The notes below the pieces were generated by a model, which was not told where the DNA came from, ran no database searches, and was given only the letters and a program-made list of their open reading frames with translations. Positions 1 to 8,874 of a stretch of 32,114 nt of DNA are shown in pieces (position 1 is the first letter of the stretch; the number at the start of each line of letters is the position of its first letter). The DNA is from Thermotogota bacterium (GTDB lineage Bacteria; Bipolaricaulota; Bipolaricaulia; UBA7950; UBA9294): assembly GCA_039679545.1 (NCBI GenBank), contig JBDKUT010000103.1:1-32114 (forward strand), given 5' to 3'. Made by a program: the position numbers and the translations under genes.

Positions 1-636
1 TCCGGCAAGGACAGCATGAAGAACGACTTCACCGCTGGAGGGGTGACGATTTCGGTTCCACCGACCGTCCTCTTCTCAGCGGCGGCGGGGATTCCCGACG
101 TGCGGAAGACCGTTGTAACCGGATTCCAGGCCGCGGGGGACGCGATCTACGTGATCGGTGAGACGCTCGTCGAGCTGGGAGGGTCGGAGTTCTTGCGCTG
201 GCTGGGACTCACCGGGGGAAGAACGCCGCAGGTGAGAGCGGAACAGGCTTGCAAGCGGTATCGGCGCCTTGGCGAGGCGATCGCCGCCGGACTTGTGGCG
301 TCGTGCCACGACCTCTCCGACGGGGGACTCGCCGTGGCGCTCGTGGAGTCGGCGATCGGGGGAGGGTTCGGGTTCAACGTCGCGCTGGACGAACTTGGGC
401 CGTCCGACCGCCCATGGGTTCTGCTCTTCTCCGAGACGCCTTCACGATTCGTGGTCACGGTGCCGGAGGAGGGGCGCCGCGCGTTCGAGGGGATCTTGGG
501 GGGAGACGCGCGACCGATTGGGCGGGTGACGGGCGAGGCTCACGTTGGGATCTCGGTCGGCGGCCGCTCCTGCGTCGATGCTTCTCTGGAGCGGTTCGAG
601 ACGGCGTGGCGAAGCGGGCTGGAGGGGTACGGATGA
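1..636 (+). CDS. purL: FGAM synthase large subunit PurL, C-terminal part (5'-truncated by window)
   Basis: Frame open from base 1 (SGKDSMKNDF), with SCHDLSDGGLAVALVE and LLFSETPSRF motifs of the PurL C-terminal domain; ATGA overlap with purQ. Confidence 0.93.
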   Translation, partial: SGKDSMKNDFTAGGVTISVPPTVLFSAAAGIPDVRKTVVTGFQAAGDAIYVIGETLVELGGSEFLRWLGLTGGRTPQVRAEQACKRYRRLGEAIAAGLVASCHDLSDGGLAVALVESAIGGGFGFNVALDELGPSDRPWVLLFSETPSRFVVTVPEEGRRAFEGILGGDARPIGRVTGEAHVGISVGGRSCVDASLERFETAWRSGLEGYG

Positions 637-1454
637 AGACGGTTCGTGCGCTCGTCGTGGCGGGGTTCGGCATCAACTGCGAGGAAGAGACGGCGGCCGC
701 GTACCGCCTCGCGGGCGCGGAGGCGCGTGTCGCCCACCTCGAGAGCATCCTGCGAGGCAACATCGAGCTCGACGCCTTCGACGTCGTCCACCTCCCCGGA
801 GGGTTCTCGTTCGGCGACGACCTGGGCGGAGGGAGAGTCCTCGCGAACCGAATCCGAACGCGGAAGCTGCCGAGGGGAGCAACGATGAGCGACGGCCTTC
901 GCGCCGTGGCGCGCCGCGGCGGGATGGTGATCGGCATCTGCAACGGGTTCCAGGCGATCGCCGAGCTCGGTCTCGTCCCGAATGTCGGCGGCGACGGCGT
1001 TGCGGAGGTGGCCCTGATGCAGAATGTCTCCGCGAAGTACGAAGACCGGTGGGTGCGCGTTCGAGCGGACCTCGAGTGCCCAGCGCACGTGTGGGCGGGG
1101 CTCGAGGAGTGGGAGGTGCCGGTTCGGCACGGGCAGGGCCGCCTCGTGTTCCGCGACGAGAGCCTGCGCGACGAAGTCGCTCGGCTTCACTTGAACGGCC
1201 TCACGTACTGCGATGAGAGCGGCAAGCCGACGGATCGATACCCGGCGAATCCGAACGGCGCGGATCTCGCGTGCGCCGCGCTGTGCGACCCGAGCGGGCG
1301 GATTCTGGGGGTGATGCCGCACCCCGAAGCGTACCTCTCGCTCTTCAACCATTACGACTGGCCGCGTCTTCGTCGGGAGTGTCCGGAGCGGAGCGAGGAA
1401 GGGGCAGGGCTGGCGCTGTTTCGGAACGTCGTGAAGGCGGTCCTGGGGGCCTAG
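633..1454 (+). CDS. purQ: FGAM synthase glutaminase subunit PurQ (273 aa)
   Basis: ATG at 633 overlaps the purL stop; GINCEEET, PGGFSFGDDLG, GICNGFQ (catalytic Cys) and MPHPE (His/Glu of the triad). Confidence 0.95.
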   Translation: MKTVRALVVAGFGINCEEETAAAYRLAGAEARVAHLESILRGNIELDAFDVVHLPGGFSFGDDLGGGRVLANRIRTRKLPRGATMSDGLRAVARRGGMVIGICNGFQAIAELGLVPNVGGDGVAEVALMQNVSAKYEDRWVRVRADLECPAHVWAGLEEWEVPVRHGQGRLVFRDESLRDEVARLHLNGLTYCDESGKPTDRYPANPNGADLACAALCDPSGRILGVMPHPEAYLSLFNHYDWPRLRRECPERSEEGAGLALFRNVVKAVLGA

Positions 1455-1501
1455 GCCAGGGCCGACCTGCTGCCAGGTCGGCGGGTGTTCAAGGAGGGAT
1501 C

Positions 1502-3115
1502 GTGGACTGGAAGATCCGACGGGCTTTGGTGAGCGTCTCGGACAAGGCTGGCGTGGCGGACCTCGCGAAGGCGCTCCGTCATTGGGGCTGCGAGGTCATC
1601 TCGACGGGAGGCACCGGGCAGGCGTTGCGCGACGCGGGGATCCCGGTCGTCGACATCATGTTGGTCACAGGGAACCCCGAGGCGTTCGGAGGACGCATGA
1701 AGACGATCTCGTTCGCGATCGAGTCGGCGATCCTCTTCGACCGCGAGCGCGACCGAGCCGAGGCGGAGGACCTGGGGATCGCGCCCATCGACCTCGTCGT
1801 CTGCAACCTCTACCCGTTCCGCAAGTCCCGCGACGAGAAGGCGGAGCTCGACGCGCTGATCGAACAGATCGACATTGGCGGGCCGACGATGATCCGCGCG
1901 GCGGCGAAAAACTACCGCTACGTGGCCGTCGTCTGCGACCCCTCGGACTACGGAGAGCTGACCCGGGAGCTGGAGACGCGCCAGGGCGCGCTCTCGCTCG
2001 AGACGCGGGCGCGGCTGATGCGGAAGGCGTTCAACCATACCGCGGACTACGACTCGATGATCGCCGAGGCGCTCGACGAGCGGTTCGGCGAGACGTCGCT
2101 CCGGCTGGCGTTCCACGGCGGGCGCAAGCTGCGCTACGGGGAAAACGCGCACCAGGGCGCGTTCGTCCTGCGGGAGCGGGATGCCGCCGCGTCCCTCTAC
2201 GACCTGGGCGTGCTGGGAGGGAAGGAGCTTTCGTACAACAACCTCGTCGACATTCATGCCGCGGCGGCCGCCGTGCGGGACCTTGCGGCCCCCGCCTGTG
2301 CCGTCGTCAAGCACACGAATCCGTGCGGCCTCTGCCAGGCGTCCTCGGCGCGCATCGCTCTGGAGACAGCGTGGCGGTCCGATCCAGTGTCCGCGTTCGG
2401 GTCGGTCATCGCGTTCAACGCGCGCGTCGACCGGGCGGCGGTCGAGTTCCTGAATCTCGATGCGGCAAACAAGTCGGAACGGAAGTTCGTCGAAGTCGTG
2501 GTGGCTCCGGCGTTCGACGAGGCGGCCGTCGAGTACCTGAAACAGAACGAGAACCTTCGGATCGTGTGCCTCGACGCGCGGGGGTTCCGACGCGCCAAGG
2601 AGATCAAGCTCCTCGGCGGCGCGGCCCTGGTCCAGGACGCAGACGGCGTTCTGCTCGAGAAGCTTGAGGTTGTCTCGAAGGCCCGCCCCGACGGAGACCT
2701 TGGCGCCGGCGGGGCGCTTCGCCGGTTGATCGAGTTCGGGCTGGTAGCCGCGCGGCAAGTGAAGAGCAACGCGATCGTCATCGTTGCGGAGACGGACGGC
2801 GCGCTGCGCCTCCTTGGGATGGGGGCAGGACAGCCGAACCGCGTAGTGTCGACCCGGCTCGCCGTGGAGCGGGCGCGGGCGACGCTCGCGGGTGAGGGCC
2901 TGGACGAGAAGGCGATCCGCGCCGCCCTCGCACGTGCGGTGCTCGTCTCGGACGCGTTCTTCCCGTTCGCGGACAGCGTGGAGTGCGCGGCCGACGCCGG
3001 TGTGCGCACGTTCGTCGAGCCCGGCGGATCGATTCGCGATCGCGAGGTCGTGGCGTGTGTCGACGGCCGCGGGGCCTCGCTGGTCTTTACCGGAATCCGG
3101 CACTTCCAGCACTAG
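1502..3115 (+). CDS. purH: Bifunctional AICAR transformylase/IMP cyclohydrolase PurH (537 aa)
   Basis: GTG start after AAGGAGGG; RALVSVSDK, IDIGGPTMIRAAAKN, LRYGENAHQ, KELSYNN, KHTNPCG, SNAIV, SDAFFPF, FTGIRHF. Confidence 0.95.
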   Translation: MDWKIRRALVSVSDKAGVADLAKALRHWGCEVISTGGTGQALRDAGIPVVDIMLVTGNPEAFGGRMKTISFAIESAILFDRERDRAEAEDLGIAPIDLVVCNLYPFRKSRDEKAELDALIEQIDIGGPTMIRAAAKNYRYVAVVCDPSDYGELTRELETRQGALSLETRARLMRKAFNHTADYDSMIAEALDERFGETSLRLAFHGGRKLRYGENAHQGAFVLRERDAAASLYDLGVLGGKELSYNNLVDIHAAAAAVRDLAAPACAVVKHTNPCGLCQASSARIALETAWRSDPVSAFGSVIAFNARVDRAAVEFLNLDAANKSERKFVEVVVAPAFDEAAVEYLKQNENLRIVCLDARGFRRAKEIKLLGGAALVQDADGVLLEKLEVVSKARPDGDLGAGGALRRLIEFGLVAARQVKSNAIVIVAETDGALRLLGMGAGQPNRVVSTRLAVERARATLAGEGLDEKAIRAALARAVLVSDAFFPFADSVECAADAGVRTFVEPGGSIRDREVVACVDGRGASLVFTGIRHFQH

Positions 3116-3124
3116 GAGGGTGTG

Positions 3125-4540
3125 ATGCAGACCCTGAGCCGCTTCTCGACGCCGCAGCTTGAGTGTGCTCATCGTGGGAAGGTGCGCGACAGCTTCCGTG
3201 TGGACGCCGCCATGCGGCTGATCGTCGCCACGGACCGCCTTTCGGCGTTCGACCGCGTCCTCGAATGCTGTATTCCCGGCAAGGGCGTGGCGCTGACGCG
3301 GCTCGCGTCGTTCTGGTTCGAACGAACTCGCGACAGGATCCCGAACCACTGGATCCGGACGATCGGGGACCGAGCGATGCTTGTCCGGGAGGCTCGACCG
3401 ATCCTGGTGGAGATGGTCGTCCGCGCGTACATCACGGGTTCGGTGTGGAGGGCATACGCCGCGGGGGCGCGGAGTTTTTCCGGCGTAAGACTCCCGGATG
3501 GGCTGACGAGGAACCAACGGCTCGCGGCGCCGATCATCACCCCAACAACGAAGGCGGCCAAGGATGAGCCCGTCACCCCGCGGGAGATCGCCGAACGCGG
3601 GATCGCCTCGCGCGACGTTTACCGCCGCCTCGAGGAGGCGAGCCTGGCGTTGTTCGAGGACGGGTCCCGGTACCTGCGCGAGAAGGGGGTGCTCCTTGTC
3701 GACACGAAGTACGAGTTCGGGCTGATCGACGACCAGGTTGTGTTGATCGACGAGGTGCACACGCCGGACTCGTCCCGGTTCTGGCTTGTGGAGGAGTACG
3801 ACCGCGACCCAACGGGCGTCGAGGGGTGGGACAAGGAGATCGTCCGCGCGTGGCTTCTCGCGGAGGAGTCGAACGGCCGGCGGCCGACGTCGCTTCCTGA
3901 GGGCGTCATTGCGGAGACGGCTCGGCGCTATCGTGAGATCTGCCATCGGATCACCGGAGAGACGCTGCCTGCGGAGGGAGGCGAGCGGGAACTCGTGGAC
4001 GCCCTCGTCGACGCGGGCCTCTTGCGGGACGGCTTCGTAGCGATCGTGATGGGCTCGCCGAGGGATCGCGAGCACGCGGAGCGGATCGCTGCTGAGCTGC
4101 GCCCGCACGGAGTGGCCGTGCTCTTGCGGGTGGCGTCCGCGCACCGGACGCCGGATCGCGTGGCGTCGCTTGCGGCGGAGCTCGAAGAAGCGCGGGAGCC
4201 CGGAGCCATCATCGCGGTGGCCGGGCTGTCGAATGGACTGGGCGGGGCGCTGGCGGCGAACTTGACGCTTCCGGTAATCAACTGCCCGCCGTTCCGCGAC
4301 GGGGCGGAGGCCAAACTCCATCTGAACTCATCGCTCTTCATGCCACCCCGCGTCCCGGCGGTCACGGTCCTCGGCGCGGAGAACGCGGCGCAGGCGGCGC
4401 TGCGGGCCCTGGCGCTTCCGCGAATCCGAGAGGAGCTCCGCCACGACATGGAAACAAGCCGGAAGCGAATCGACGAGGCCGACGCAGCGTGTCGCGCCGA
4501 AGGATGCTCGGTAAGCGGCGCCGGGGAGGTTCGGTCGTGA
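3125..4540 (+). CDS. purC-purE: Fused SAICAR synthetase (PurC) - AIR carboxylase (class II-like PurE), 471 aa
   Basis: N-terminal part: GKVRD, TDRLSAFD, IPGKG, VVRAYITGS, TPTTKA, LVDTKYEFG, DEVHTPDSSRFW. C-terminal part from ~4031: IVMGS.RD, VASAHRTP, AVAGLSNGLG, PVINCPP. One uninterrupted ORF; AGGAGG 5 nt before ATG 3125 (GTG 3122 is an alternative). Confidence 0.92.
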   Translation: MQTLSRFSTPQLECAHRGKVRDSFRVDAAMRLIVATDRLSAFDRVLECCIPGKGVALTRLASFWFERTRDRIPNHWIRTIGDRAMLVREARPILVEMVVRAYITGSVWRAYAAGARSFSGVRLPDGLTRNQRLAAPIITPTTKAAKDEPVTPREIAERGIASRDVYRRLEEASLALFEDGSRYLREKGVLLVDTKYEFGLIDDQVVLIDEVHTPDSSRFWLVEEYDRDPTGVEGWDKEIVRAWLLAEESNGRRPTSLPEGVIAETARRYREICHRITGETLPAEGGERELVDALVDAGLLRDGFVAIVMGSPRDREHAERIAAELRPHGVAVLLRVASAHRTPDRVASLAAELEEAREPGAIIAVAGLSNGLGGALAANLTLPVINCPPFRDGAEAKLHLNSSLFMPPRVPAVTVLGAENAAQAALRALALPRIREELRHDMETSRKRIDEADAACRAEGCSVSGAGEVRS

Positions 4541-5775
4541 ACGTCGGAGTGCTCGGCTCGGGAGGACGGGAGCACGCGCTGGCGTGGAAGCTGGCGCAGA
4601 GCCCGCAGGCTGGCGCCGTGTTCGTTCTGCCGGGGAATGGAGGGACGTCGCCCAACGTCGCGGTCTGTCCGACTGATCCGGAGGCGGTGGCGGCGGCGTG
4701 TGACCGGCTGGGTCTCGACCTCCTCGTCGTCGGTGGTGAGGAACCCCTGGCGGCGGGTGTCGTCGATCGCCTTGCGGCGACCTCGACGCTGGCGTTCGGC
4801 CCCACAAGAGAGGCGGCGCGGCTGGAGAGCTCGAAGCTGTGGGCGAAGCGGTTCATGAAGCGGCATGGCATCCCGTGCGCCGAGCACGCAGAGGCGGCGT
4901 CGGCGGCAGAGGTGGTGTCGGCGGCGAATCGGTGGGGCGGCCGGCTTGTCGTGAAGGCGGACGGGCTCGCGGCGGGGAAGGGAGTCGTCGTTTGCGATTC
5001 CCCCACCCGTGCGAAACAAGCGTGGAGCGAAATGAGGCGGTCTCGCCCGGTGGACGAGCCCGTGTTCGTCGAAGAGCTCCTCGACGGCTGGGAGGTTTCG
5101 GTGCTGTGCGTGACGGACGGTCGCGCGTACGCCGTTCTTCCGCCAGCGCAGGACCACAAGGCGGTCTACGACGGAGACGCCGGGCCGAACACTGGCGGAA
5201 TGGGCGCGTTCGCCCCGGTTCCGGCGCTCGGCACCGAAGCTCTCGGCGTCGTCCGGCGGACGGTCCTCGAGCCGACCCTCGCCGGACTCCGGTCGGAGGG
5301 GATCGCCTACTGCGGATTCCTCTACCTTGGGCTGATGGTCACGAACGAAGGGCCGAAGGTTCTGGAGTACAACGCGCGGCTCGGCGACCCGGAAGCGGAG
5401 GCCGTGCTGCCGCTCCTCCGCGGGGACTTGCTCGATGCAATGTGCGCGTGCTGCGAGGGAACGTTGGATGGGGTGGGGCTTTCGGCGGGGAGCGGGTTCG
5501 CCGTGGACGTGGTGCTGGCGTCGGGGGGCTACCCGGGAGCGTTCACGACGGGCCACGACATCGTGGGCATCGAGGCCGTGGACCCGGACGTGCTGGTCTT
5601 CCACGGAGCGACCCGACGCGACGGCAGTCGCCTCCTGACCAACGGCGGGCGCGTGCTCCACGTGGTCGCCCGTGCCGACAGCCTAGACGAGGCCGTCGAC
5701 CGGGCCTACCGGAACGTCGATCGGATCCGCTTTGCCGGAATGCATGCAAGGCGGGACATCGGGCGGAGGCGCTAG
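4537..5775 (+). CDS. purD: Phosphoribosylamine-glycine ligase PurD (412 aa)
   Basis: GTGA overlap start; GSGGREHALAWKL, LESSK, VVKADGLAAGKGV, QDHK, GPNTGGMGA, EYNARLGDPE, TNGGRVL. Confidence 0.96.
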   Translation: MNVGVLGSGGREHALAWKLAQSPQAGAVFVLPGNGGTSPNVAVCPTDPEAVAAACDRLGLDLLVVGGEEPLAAGVVDRLAATSTLAFGPTREAARLESSKLWAKRFMKRHGIPCAEHAEAASAAEVVSAANRWGGRLVVKADGLAAGKGVVVCDSPTRAKQAWSEMRRSRPVDEPVFVEELLDGWEVSVLCVTDGRAYAVLPPAQDHKAVYDGDAGPNTGGMGAFAPVPALGTEALGVVRRTVLEPTLAGLRSEGIAYCGFLYLGLMVTNEGPKVLEYNARLGDPEAEAVLPLLRGDLLDAMCACCEGTLDGVGLSAGSGFAVDVVLASGGYPGAFTTGHDIVGIEAVDPDVLVFHGATRRDGSRLLTNGGRVLHVVARADSLDEAVDRAYRNVDRIRFAGMHARRDIGRRR

Positions 5776-6393
5776 GTGCGGCGCGTTGCGGTCTTGATCT
5801 CGGGTCGGGGCTCGAACCTCGGGCGCATTCTCGCCGAGGTTTGCAGCGGGTGCCTCTCCGATGTCTGTGACGTCGTTGTGGTTGTGTCGAATCGCCCATC
5901 GGCCGGAGGCCTCAAGATCGCACGCCGCGCCGGAGTCCCGACGTGCGTTGTGCCCTCGTGTGGCCTGGGGGCCGATGCGTACGGACAGCGGCTTCTCGAG
6001 GCGCTCGAGCCGTGGCACGTCGACGCCCTTGTCCTCGCGGGTTTCATGCGCGTCCTGTCCCCCGCGGTGGTCCGCCGGTTCCGGGACAGAATCGTCAACA
6101 TCCACCCTGCAGACACGGCCGCGTATCAGGGCATGGATGGCTATGGATGGGCGTTCGAGCGCGGACTGCCCGAGACGACGATTACCGTCCACCTGGTGGA
6201 CGAAGGAGTCGACACGGGGCGCGTGTTGGCGCAGGAGACTGTGTCGCTGCAAGGCGCGGCGACGCTCGACGAGGTGAAACGCCGCGGCTTGAACGTCGAG
6301 CATGACCTCTACAGCCGAACGCTCCGAAGGTGGTTGGAAAGCCGATCGGGTGACACGTCGACCGGAGGGAGGGCACCGTGTGCGGGATCCTAG
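5776..6393 (+). CDS. purN: GAR transformylase PurN
   Basis: VAVLISGRGSN, LAGFMRVL, NIHP, TVHLVDEGVDTG; abuts the purD stop. Confidence 0.93.
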   Translation: MRRVAVLISGRGSNLGRILAEVCSGCLSDVCDVVVVVSNRPSAGGLKIARRAGVPTCVVPSCGLGADAYGQRLLEALEPWHVDALVLAGFMRVLSPAVVRRFRDRIVNIHPADTAAYQGMDGYGWAFERGLPETTITVHLVDEGVDTGRVLAQETVSLQGAATLDEVKRRGLNVEHDLYSRTLRRWLESRSGDTSTGGRAPCAGS

Positions 6394-7808
6394 GGATCTG
6401 GGGACGCTCGGAGGTGGCCGCCGACCTGATCTTTGGCCTGACGACCCTGCAACATCGAGGCCAGGACGCCGCCGGAGCGATCACGTTCGACGGCTCGTTC
6501 CACGTGAAGATCGGCCGGGGGCTCGTGAGCCGCGTGTTCGAAGATCGCCATCAAGAGCGGCTGCGGGGCACGTGGGGCCTCGGCCACGTCCGGTACGCGA
6601 CGATGGGGTCGACCGACGTCGAGGACGCCCAGCCCGTGCACGTCAACTACCCCTACGGGCTCGCCATGGTCCACAACGGCAACGTCGTTAACTTCGCCGA
6701 GGTGCGCGAGAATCTCTACACCGAGCACCACCGCCTCGTGGACACGTCGAACGACGTTGCTCTGATCCTGTACACGTTCGCTGCGGCGCTGGAGCAGCGA
6801 GATCTCCGGGTTTTGACGGTCGACGACCTCTTCTCGTGCGTCGATGCTACGCGGCGGGCGATCCACGGTGCTTACGCGGTCATCTGCCTCATCGCGGGAC
6901 GTGGCCTGCTCGCGTTCTCCGACCCGCACGGGATCCGGCCGATGGTTCTCGGAGTGAGGCAAACTCCGAAGGGACCGGAGTACGCGATCGCGTCGGAGAC
7001 GACATGCCTCGACTACCTCGGGTTCCGGCTCGAGGGGGACATCGGCGCAGGCGAGGCCGTCTTCATCGACGCTGCCGGGACCGTGCATCGGCACCAGGGC
7101 CCGCGGGAGAAACCGGCGTTCTGCGTGTTCGAGTACATCTACTTCGCTCGCGAGGATTCGGTCCTACAAGGGAGGGTCGTCGCGGCCGAGCGAGAGCATA
7201 TGGGCCGTGCGCTCGCCGATGTCGTCCGCCGCACGGGGCTTCGTCCTGACGTGGTTATTGACGTTCCGGCATCGGGGTTCCTGTTCGCCTCGAGCATGGC
7301 GCAGGCGCTTGGGATTCCCTTCCGTCGCGGCCTGGCGAAGAACCACCACATCGGACGAAGCTTCATCCTGCCAACCGACGAAGAGCGCCGCCGGATGGTC
7401 GGGCTGAAGCTGAACCCGATCCGCGGGGTCCTCGAGGGGCGACGGGTGGCCGTCGTCGACGACTCGATCGTCCGGGGGACGACGTCGCGTCGCCTGGTTG
7501 AGCTGCTCCGCGGCGCCGGAGCTCGCGAGGTCTACGTGATCAGCGCCGCTCCGCCGGTGGTCTCGCCGTGCGTCTACGGGATCGACATGTCCACGACGGG
7601 GGAGATCATTGCGGCGAACCGAACCGTCGACGATGTCTGCCGCATGATCGGAGCCGATGCGGTCATCTACCAGGAGCTCTCCGCGCTTCGGTCCCTCTAC
7701 GGAGAGGTGTCATGCTGTGACGCCTGCTTCTCGGGCGAGTATCCCACGAGCGTTGATCGCGAGGCGCTCGACGGCATCCGCCGGGAGAAGGAAGGCGCCG
7801 GGCGCTGA
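6378..7808 (+). CDS. purF: Amidophosphoribosyltransferase PurF
   Basis: N-terminal nucleophile (M)CGILG, LQHRGQD, GHVRYAT, HNGN, VVDDSIVRGTT PRPP loop; putative Fe-S Cys in CVFEYIYF, SPCVYGID and CDACF. Confidence 0.96.
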   Translation: MCGILGIWGRSEVAADLIFGLTTLQHRGQDAAGAITFDGSFHVKIGRGLVSRVFEDRHQERLRGTWGLGHVRYATMGSTDVEDAQPVHVNYPYGLAMVHNGNVVNFAEVRENLYTEHHRLVDTSNDVALILYTFAAALEQRDLRVLTVDDLFSCVDATRRAIHGAYAVICLIAGRGLLAFSDPHGIRPMVLGVRQTPKGPEYAIASETTCLDYLGFRLEGDIGAGEAVFIDAAGTVHRHQGPREKPAFCVFEYIYFAREDSVLQGRVVAAEREHMGRALADVVRRTGLRPDVVIDVPASGFLFASSMAQALGIPFRRGLAKNHHIGRSFILPTDEERRRMVGLKLNPIRGVLEGRRVAVVDDSIVRGTTSRRLVELLRGAGAREVYVISAAPPVVSPCVYGIDMSTTGEIIAANRTVDDVCRMIGADAVIYQELSALRSLYGEVSCCDACFSGEYPTSVDREALDGIRREKEGAGR

Positions 7809-7809
7809 G

Positions 7810-8616
7810 CTAGAGGAGGGCCTCGAGCATCTCGGCGGTCAAGTCGAGCGGGTGACCGACGTAGCGGATGACCCCCTGGCGGTCGATCACGAAGGTGCGC
7901 GGGATGCCGACGTCCGTGCCGTCGAGACCGTACAACTCGGTAAGCGGGCTTCCGCTCTTACCGCCGGGCTCCCAGACGGAGAGGAATGCGTCGTACCCGC
8001 CGTCTTCGAGAAAATCGATCGCCGTCTGCTCCGCGGCGTCCGTGCTGACGACGATGGCCACGACTCCGTCGTCGGCGTAGTCGCGGACGAGGTCGTCCAG
8101 GTGCGGCATGCTCTTCCGGCACGGCGTGCACCACGCCCCCCAGAAGTCGAGGAGAAGGACCTCTCCGCGGTGGTCGTAGAGGGTCAGTGACCCGCCGTTC
8201 GTTGTGTGAGCAGTGAAGTCCGGTGCCGTGTTCCCCACCGACGTTCCGACGGGAGGTCCACTCTCGTCTGCCGTAATCATCAGGGTGTCCGAGTCCTGCC
8301 GGCCTCGATCATCCGTCAGGATCAGCACCGCGTCGTAGGTTCCGGCGCTGTACGTGTGGTGCACAATCACCCCGAGGTCGGAGCCCATCGCTGACTCCGA
8401 GCCGTCGCCGAAGTCGAGCTCGTACGTTGGCGAGGCGGTCTCGTCGCAAACGGAGTACGACAGGTCGAAGGCGATGTCAAGCGGCGCGGCGCCGGTGACG
8501 ACCGCCGCCGTCAGCACGGCGATCGGCCCTTCCCGACCCGTGCACCCTGTGAAGATAATGACAAAGAGCGCAAGGGCGAGACCCCCGCAGGCGCAGCGAA
8601 CGACCCGGTTGTCCAT
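7810..8616 (-). CDS. Lipoprotein with PKD domain and TlpA/ResA-like thioredoxin domain (268 aa)
   Basis: MDNRVVR...hydrophobic stretch...IIFTGC lipobox; PKD motif (GAAPLDIAFD, LDFGDG, HTYSAGTYDAVLILTDDRG); APDFT...LLDFWGAWCTPC...GIPRTFVIDRQG redoxin. Start at the internal ATG 8616 is inferred. Confidence 0.8.
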   Translation of the reverse strand: MDNRVVRCACGGLALALFVIIFTGCTGREGPIAVLTAAVVTGAAPLDIAFDLSYSVCDETASPTYELDFGDGSESAMGSDLGVIVHHTYSAGTYDAVLILTDDRGRQDSDTLMITADESGPPVGTSVGNTAPDFTAHTTNGGSLTLYDHRGEVLLLDFWGAWCTPCRKSMPHLDDLVRDYADDGVVAIVVSTDAAEQTAIDFLEDGGYDAFLSVWEPGGKSGSPLTELYGLDGTDVGIPRTFVIDRQGVIRYVGHPLDLTAEMLEALL

Positions 8617-8768
8617 AAATCGAGCATGGTCAGTGTGGGAGGGTGGTACAACGGCGCCTGGGCGGCGACAGTTCGACACTCATCCGGTCTCCCGCAGACG
8701 CGCGTGTCCCCCAGCTCGGCAAGACCGGAGGCTCGACGTGAGCGGTCGTTCGTCCAGGACAAGTGTTG

Positions 8769-8798
8769 TTGACTCCGCATCGGGGAGCAGCGTATGAT
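8769..8798 (+). promoter_or_regulatory. Sigma70-type promoter upstream of ileS
   Basis: TTGACT (8769-8774), 18 nt spacer, TATGAT (8793-8798). Confidence 0.65.
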
Positions 8799-8814
8799 GC
8801 GCCGTGATCGCGCC

Positions 8815-8874
8815 ATGGTGCGGAAACGAGAACGCAACATGCCTCTTCTGATCTACATTCCTGTGCCCCGCTAA
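8815..8874 (+). other. Putative leader peptide (uORF) in the ileS 5' leader
   Basis: ATG 8815 to TAA 8874 encodes MVRKRERNMPLLIYIPVPR (internal ATG 8839 gives MPLLIYIPVPR); the stop lies in the loop of a GTGCCCC/GGGGCGC hairpin. Confidence 0.35.

Noticed and set aside
249..632. N-terminal extensions in the ORF track (purQ from 249, purH 1271, purD 4489, 14654, 29555, 31446, 23773, 24426, 20689)
   Set aside because: They overlap neighbouring genes; homologous N-termini, SD sites and ATGA/GTGA overlaps indicate the later starts.
1451..4321. 956-aa antisense ORF, and similar long shadow ORFs (8680-10992, 17160-18920, 3928-5661, 30161-31672)
   Set aside because: They lie opposite well-supported genes, have Arg/Pro/Ala-rich composition without motifs, and are expected from high-GC codon bias.
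8641..8653. T-box-like sequence GGGTGGTACAACG upstream of ileS
   Set aside because: It lies upstream of the predicted ileS promoter and ~300 nt from the start, leaves no room for Stem I, has no following terminator, and matches the consensus imperfectly.
8660..8700. GTTCGA (T-loop-like) suggesting a tRNA
   Set aside because: No T-stem, acceptor stem or cloverleaf can be formed.
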